A program made the translations under genes and the position numbers. Of a DNA stretch of 64,000 bases, positions 60,187-64,000 are shown one piece after another. This DNA comes from an uncultured virus (IMG/VR IMGVR_UViG_3300008108_000202) (taxonomy: Duplodnaviria; Heunggongvirae; Uroviricota; Caudoviricetes). The notes under the pieces are model-generated. The model did not search any database. It was given only the letters and a program-made list of their open reading frames with translations, and was not told the origin of the DNA. The stretch lies in IMG/VR virus record IMGVR_UViG_3300008108_000202; one strand, written 5' to 3'. How positions within the stretch are numbered: the stretch's first letter is position 1; each line of letters opens with the position of its first letter.

Positions 60187-60219
60187 ATTCTATTATTTCT
60201 TACAAAGATAATTAAAAAA

Positions 60220-62601
60220 TTAAACTTGCTGATATATTTCTGAAATATTATTTTCTTTTTTGATTTTTATTATGGAATCCGCCCATTGACTGATCATAGG
60301 ATTATGGGTGATAACAAAAATTTTCTCAAAATACTCTTTTATTTTAATGAAAAATTCAGATACCATATCTAAATTATCATTTGATATTTTACCAAAAACC
60401 TCATCAAATACAACAACATTTGGTTTAGGTAAAGAACATATTTTACTTAAAACTGATCTCAAAGCCAAAGATGCAATTGTTCTTTCATATCCAGATCCTG
60501 ATGTCATTAGTTTTTCAATACCCGTACTATTATCTATCATAATGAATTCAACCTCATTTTTATCATTAATCCTAATTTCTAATCTGAAGTATGAACTATC
60601 CTCCATTAATCTTTGTAATTCAGAATTTATCAAAGGCATCATTGTTTTCATAATAATTTTTGATACACCATTTTTACCAAAAGCCTCCAAGTAAATCTTA
60701 TAAAGTTTTTCTTTTTCAGACTCTTCATTTATTTTAATGATAGTCCTCAAGTTGGTTTCTATTTTAGATCTAAGATTATTAATTTCAAATTCGTTTGAAG
60801 TTATTTTATTTTTTTTATCTGCCTTTTCTCTTTCCAAATCATCAATTCTCATTCCAGCTTTAATCAACAAACCTTCAATTTTTTCATTTTCTTTAATTTT
60901 ATCAAGAAGTTGGTTATATCTTTCCATTTTCTGATTGAGATTTTGGGTCTTCAAATCAAAACTTTCAACACTTAATTCGTATTTTTCTCTGATAAGTTTG
61001 TTTTTTTCATACTCATCAAATTCTTTTTTCAACCTTACAAATGTTTGTTCTATGCCTGTTAAAACCTGCATTGTTGTCCAAATTGTATCTTTTTGCATGA
61101 TAAAACCATCAAGTTCTGAAATTTTTTGATTGGTGATCGCTGCGTTTATTAACTCAATTCCACAATGTTCACATTTAATTCCACCTTCAACTGAAGTTTT
61201 TAATTTTTCAATTTCTTCAATTTTTGTTTCAAGTTGGATCAACTCTTTATTTAAATTGTTATATTGTTCTTTTGCTTCGTCGTGTTTATCTTCGTGATAA
61301 TATTCAGATGGTTCAATAACATTTATTTCATTCATTTTTTTAAGAACTTCATCTTTTTGATAATTCAATGAATTAATTTCTTCTTGAACTTTGGTTGGGT
61401 TTGTTTGCGCAATTTCATTATCAATATCTGTATGTTTTTTTCTCAACATATCATCGCGATAATTTTTACCCACCTTTAATTTTTCTTCAATATCAACAAG
61501 TTCAACATTAAGAGTTTTAATCTGATTATTAATATTATTAATGTCTTCCTCATACTGTTTATTGTCTTGTTTTAATTGTTCGGTATTATAAACATTTGAT
61601 AACATTGATTTTGAAAAGTCCGAATACAATGTTTTTGCAACTTCTTCTTTTCTTTTTAAGAATTCAAGACCCATAAATCTTGAGAGGACTTGACCCCTAG
61701 CCGTAGGCTTGGAGTCAATGAGATCCTCAAGATTGGTTGCGGTGGTTAGAATCGTCATCAAAAAATCTTCTTTGGTTCCGATTGAGGACTTAATAAAGTT
61801 TTCAGTTTCTCTTCTTTGTTCACCAGTAAAATTCTGTAAACTCCCATCCGCAAGTTTTTTGAAAAAGTCCAATTCAGTTTTAACATTCCACTCACCTTTT
61901 TTGGACATTTTTCTTTCAATGTTTCTTACTATGATATACTCTTCACCATCAATAATAACATCTCCCTTAACAACAACCTTATCCTTGTTTGTAAATCTAT
62001 TAAAGATTTCCTCTGCCTTTGTCGTTTTTGTTGTTTCGTTAAAGAATAAAAACATTAGTAGATCCACACTTAATACCGTTTTACCCCCAAAATTTGGTGG
62101 ATTTGATTCAATAATAGTTATACCATTACATTTGTCAAAATCAATTTTTTGGTTATCACCATAAGATAGGAAATTAGAAAACTCAATGTTTTTAATATAC
62201 CATTTTTTGAATGATGTTGCTTCATCATAGGATTCAGAAACTTTATTTTCAACAATATTATTAATTGATAATATCTCATCAGTTTGAGATTCAAATCCTT
62301 TTGATTTTAAAAATTCACGAAGTAGATCAATCTGATAATTACTATCCATTATGTTGACGGATACATCAACACTTTGCATAGTATCTTGCTCAACATTTTT
62401 AACTTTAGTTACTACATTTACATTTGTTGAGTTGTACTTTTTCTGAAAATATTGTTTTACACTTTTTATCTTGTCTTGCGTAAAATTTTCTTGTATATCT
62501 TCCCATACAACTTGTATTGTTGGGTTTTGAAATTCAGAAAAATCTAAATCGTTTATCATAATTTTATAATTAAATGGTTTTGGTGGATTAAATAGATCCA
62601 T
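60220..62601 (-). CDS. SbcC/gp46-like SMC ATPase (recombination nuclease subunit)
   Basis: NFLSYG, NFGGKT, CEHC hook, SGSGYE signature, FDEVFG and VITH. Confidence 0.92.
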   Translation of the reverse strand: MDLFNPPKPFNYKIMINDLDFSEFQNPTIQVVWEDIQENFTQDKIKSVKQYFQKKYNSTNVNVVTKVKNVEQDTMQSVDVSVNIMDSNYQIDLLREFLKSKGFESQTDEILSINNIVENKVSESYDEATSFKKWYIKNIEFSNFLSYGDNQKIDFDKCNGITIIESNPPNFGGKTVLSVDLLMFLFFNETTKTTKAEEIFNRFTNKDKVVVKGDVIIDGEEYIIVRNIERKMSKKGEWNVKTELDFFKKLADGSLQNFTGEQRRETENFIKSSIGTKEDFLMTILTTATNLEDLIDSKPTARGQVLSRFMGLEFLKRKEEVAKTLYSDFSKSMLSNVYNTEQLKQDNKQYEEDINNINNQIKTLNVELVDIEEKLKVGKNYRDDMLRKKHTDIDNEIAQTNPTKVQEEINSLNYQKDEVLKKMNEINVIEPSEYYHEDKHDEAKEQYNNLNKELIQLETKIEEIEKLKTSVEGGIKCEHCGIELINAAITNQKISELDGFIMQKDTIWTTMQVLTGIEQTFVRLKKEFDEYEKNKLIREKYELSVESFDLKTQNLNQKMERYNQLLDKIKENEKIEGLLIKAGMRIDDLEREKADKKNKITSNEFEINNLRSKIETNLRTIIKINEESEKEKLYKIYLEAFGKNGVSKIIMKTMMPLINSELQRLMEDSSYFRLEIRINDKNEVEFIMIDNSTGIEKLMTSGSGYERTIASLALRSVLSKICSLPKPNVVVFDEVFGKISNDNLDMVSEFFIKIKEYFEKIFVITHNPMISQWADSIIKIKKENNISEIYQQV

Positions 62602-62604
62602 TTG

Positions 62605-62850
62605 TTATTCATTAACACTTTCTTCGTTTGTTACAGAAATTTCAGTTGTTTGTTCTTCTTGACCATCAACAAATTCAAAGTTCAATGGTTTATCACCCAT
62701 TTGAATATTCAATTCCTCATTTTGCTGAAGTTTGTCCATTTCTTCCTTTAGGAGTTTATTAAATTGTCTTTGCACTTTAGTTTTTTCCTCAGAAATTCTT
62801 TGATTTCTTTTTGCAACTTTTTTTCTGTGTTCTTTGGTTTTCTTACCCAT
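62605..62850 (-). CDS. hypothetical protein
   Basis: MGKKTKEHRKKVAKRN. Confidence 0.75.
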   Translation of the reverse strand: MGKKTKEHRKKVAKRNQRISEEKTKVQRQFNKLLKEEMDKLQQNEELNIQMGDKPLNFEFVDGQEEQTTEISVTNEESVNE

Positions 62851-62997
62851 CGTTTTTATTTTTGATTGTTTAAAAATTATTCCTCTTCTTCGGTCTCATC
62901 CTCTTTTGAAATGGCGATCTTAATCGTTTCAGGAAATATCTGATTAATTCCTACCCCAACTTGTACTTCAATGTAATTTTCTTCCATTTTTTTTTAA

Positions 62998-63357
62998 TTA
63001 TAAAACATTATTATTTGGTCTATTTTCTTCAAACCATTCTATTATTGCATTTATCGCCCATACCGATCCTGATGATAAAATACCATCAAAAAACCAACTA
63101 ATACCTACTGGTGTTCCAAATAAATCAAATGTTGGTGAAAATATAACCAACGATAAAAACCATCCTCCGTGAAATCCAAAACACATAGGACAAGATAGAA
63201 TTCCAGATATAAATTCACCAAATGGTCTTAATGGGGCGTATTCATTTTCTCCCCATTTTTTAAAAAAATTTCTTAATCCCGCAAAAATTGAGGAAAAAAC
63301 CATAATGTTCATAAGCCCATAACTTAAAATGAACCATGTTAAAATGTTAATTGTCAT
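62998..63357 (-). CDS. DUF1360-like membrane protein
   Basis: SSIF..LR...LSCPMC.GF with TM segments. Confidence 0.7.
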   Translation of the reverse strand: MTINILTWFILSYGLMNIMVFSSIFAGLRNFFKKWGENEYAPLRPFGEFISGILSCPMCFGFHGGWFLSLVIFSPTFDLFGTPVGISWFFDGILSSGSVWAINAIIEWFEENRPNNNVL

Positions 63358-63358
63358 A

Positions 63359-64000
63359 TTATAATCTTTGTGTTAAATTTGACCCCTTAAGATAAACTGC
63401 ACCTTGACTTACCTTAATTGATTCTAATTGTTTATTTATTGTTTCCAATTCTTTTATTTTTTCTTCTTTTAATGATAGTTCTTTTCTCAATTTCTGTAAA
63501 GTATCGGATAACATTTTTAATTTTTCATTATTCTCCACTTCCTTTATTACTTCTACTTCTTTAATGATCTCAACCGGTGGTTTGTCTAAAAGAATGTCTA
63601 AATTACGTCTAAGTTCGTCTAATTCTTTATCCTTTTTAGACATTTCATTCATCAATTCGGCAACTTTTTTTCCAAGTTCATCTTCTGTTGTTTTGTCACA
63701 AATATATTCTACTTTTGTGACAACTTTTTCCACAACAACTTCCTTAATCACTTCAACAGGAACCTCAACAATTTTTTCAACCTCTCTGATGACTTCAACA
63801 GGTATTTCCACTCGTTTTTCAACTATTACCTCTTTTTCCACCCATTTTTCTTCAATCCCGTCTATTTTTAAGTGTTTTTCACCTTCATTAAGTGTTTCTC
63901 CCAATAATCCATACTTTTCAATATTGAACCCTGATTCAAAACATTTCTTTATAAACCCGTTAACATCTTCAATATTATTGAGTTTACAATATGCAGACAC
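63359..64000 (-). CDS. coiled-coil protein with VEK/VEV repeats (partial)
   Basis: Open to the window edge. Confidence 0.75.
   Translation of the reverse strand: MSAYCKLNNIEDVNGFIKKCFESGFNIEKYGLLGETLNEGEKHLKIDGIEEKWVEKEVIVEKRVEIPVEVIREVEKIVEVPVEVIKEVVVEKVVTKVEYICDKTTEDELGKKVAELMNEMSKKDKELDELRRNLDILLDKPPVEIIKEVEVIKEVENNEKLKMLSDTLQKLRKELSLKEEKIKELETINKQLESIKVSQGAVYLKGSNLTQRL

Noticed and set aside
421..62164. Antisense ORFs in the track (e.g. 421-690, 2215-2475, 4997-5269, 22935-23384, 25882-26298, 54206-54622, 58478-58978, 61709-62164)
   Set aside because: They shadow better-supported genes on the opposite strand and have Ser/Phe/Leu-rich antisense composition.
1..64000. tRNA/rRNA genes, integrase, cas genes, transposases
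   Set aside because: None were recognised by eye; a tRNA scan and HMM search would be needed to exclude them fully.

Overview
This is an AT-rich, gene-dense window, mostly on the minus strand, from a large (jumbo-type) tailed phage. The host is probably Bacteroidota, judging by TAnnTTTG promoter boxes and an Hc1 histone-like gene. The first ~29 kb is an accessory region of small ORFs and tandem paralog families. The rest holds recognisable phage genes: RNA ligase, AAA kinase, metallo- and DHH phosphoesterases, NUDIX, DUF192, SLT, two DNA methylases, thioredoxin/glutaredoxin, DUF932, DnaJ, amidase, sigma factor, SbcC/gp46-like ATPase and five homing-endonuclease-like ORFs. Four observations stand out. 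(1) Two integron-like cassette arrays (3.5-5.3 kb and 20.5-21.7 kb) carry ten attC-like AAC...GTT hairpins; each cassette's two ends are complementary, genes are inverted, and no integrase is in the window. (2) Two phosphoesterase genes are broken inside their catalytic motif by the same codon-stop-same-codon insert (ACT TA ACT; CTT TGA CTT) directly after a GC-enriched hairpin, each next to an endonuclease gene; these are candidate translational-bypass elements. (3) A 36-nt repeat / 30-nt spacer mini-array resembling type VI-B CRISPR is embedded in frame in the 3' end of a small ORF. (4) Short gene-junction repeats and constant-variable-constant paralog families suggest recombinational shuffling. 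Three junctions (~32.8, ~43.9, ~57.2 kb) look like deletions or closed assembly gaps. All product calls come from motif recognition only; no searches were run.
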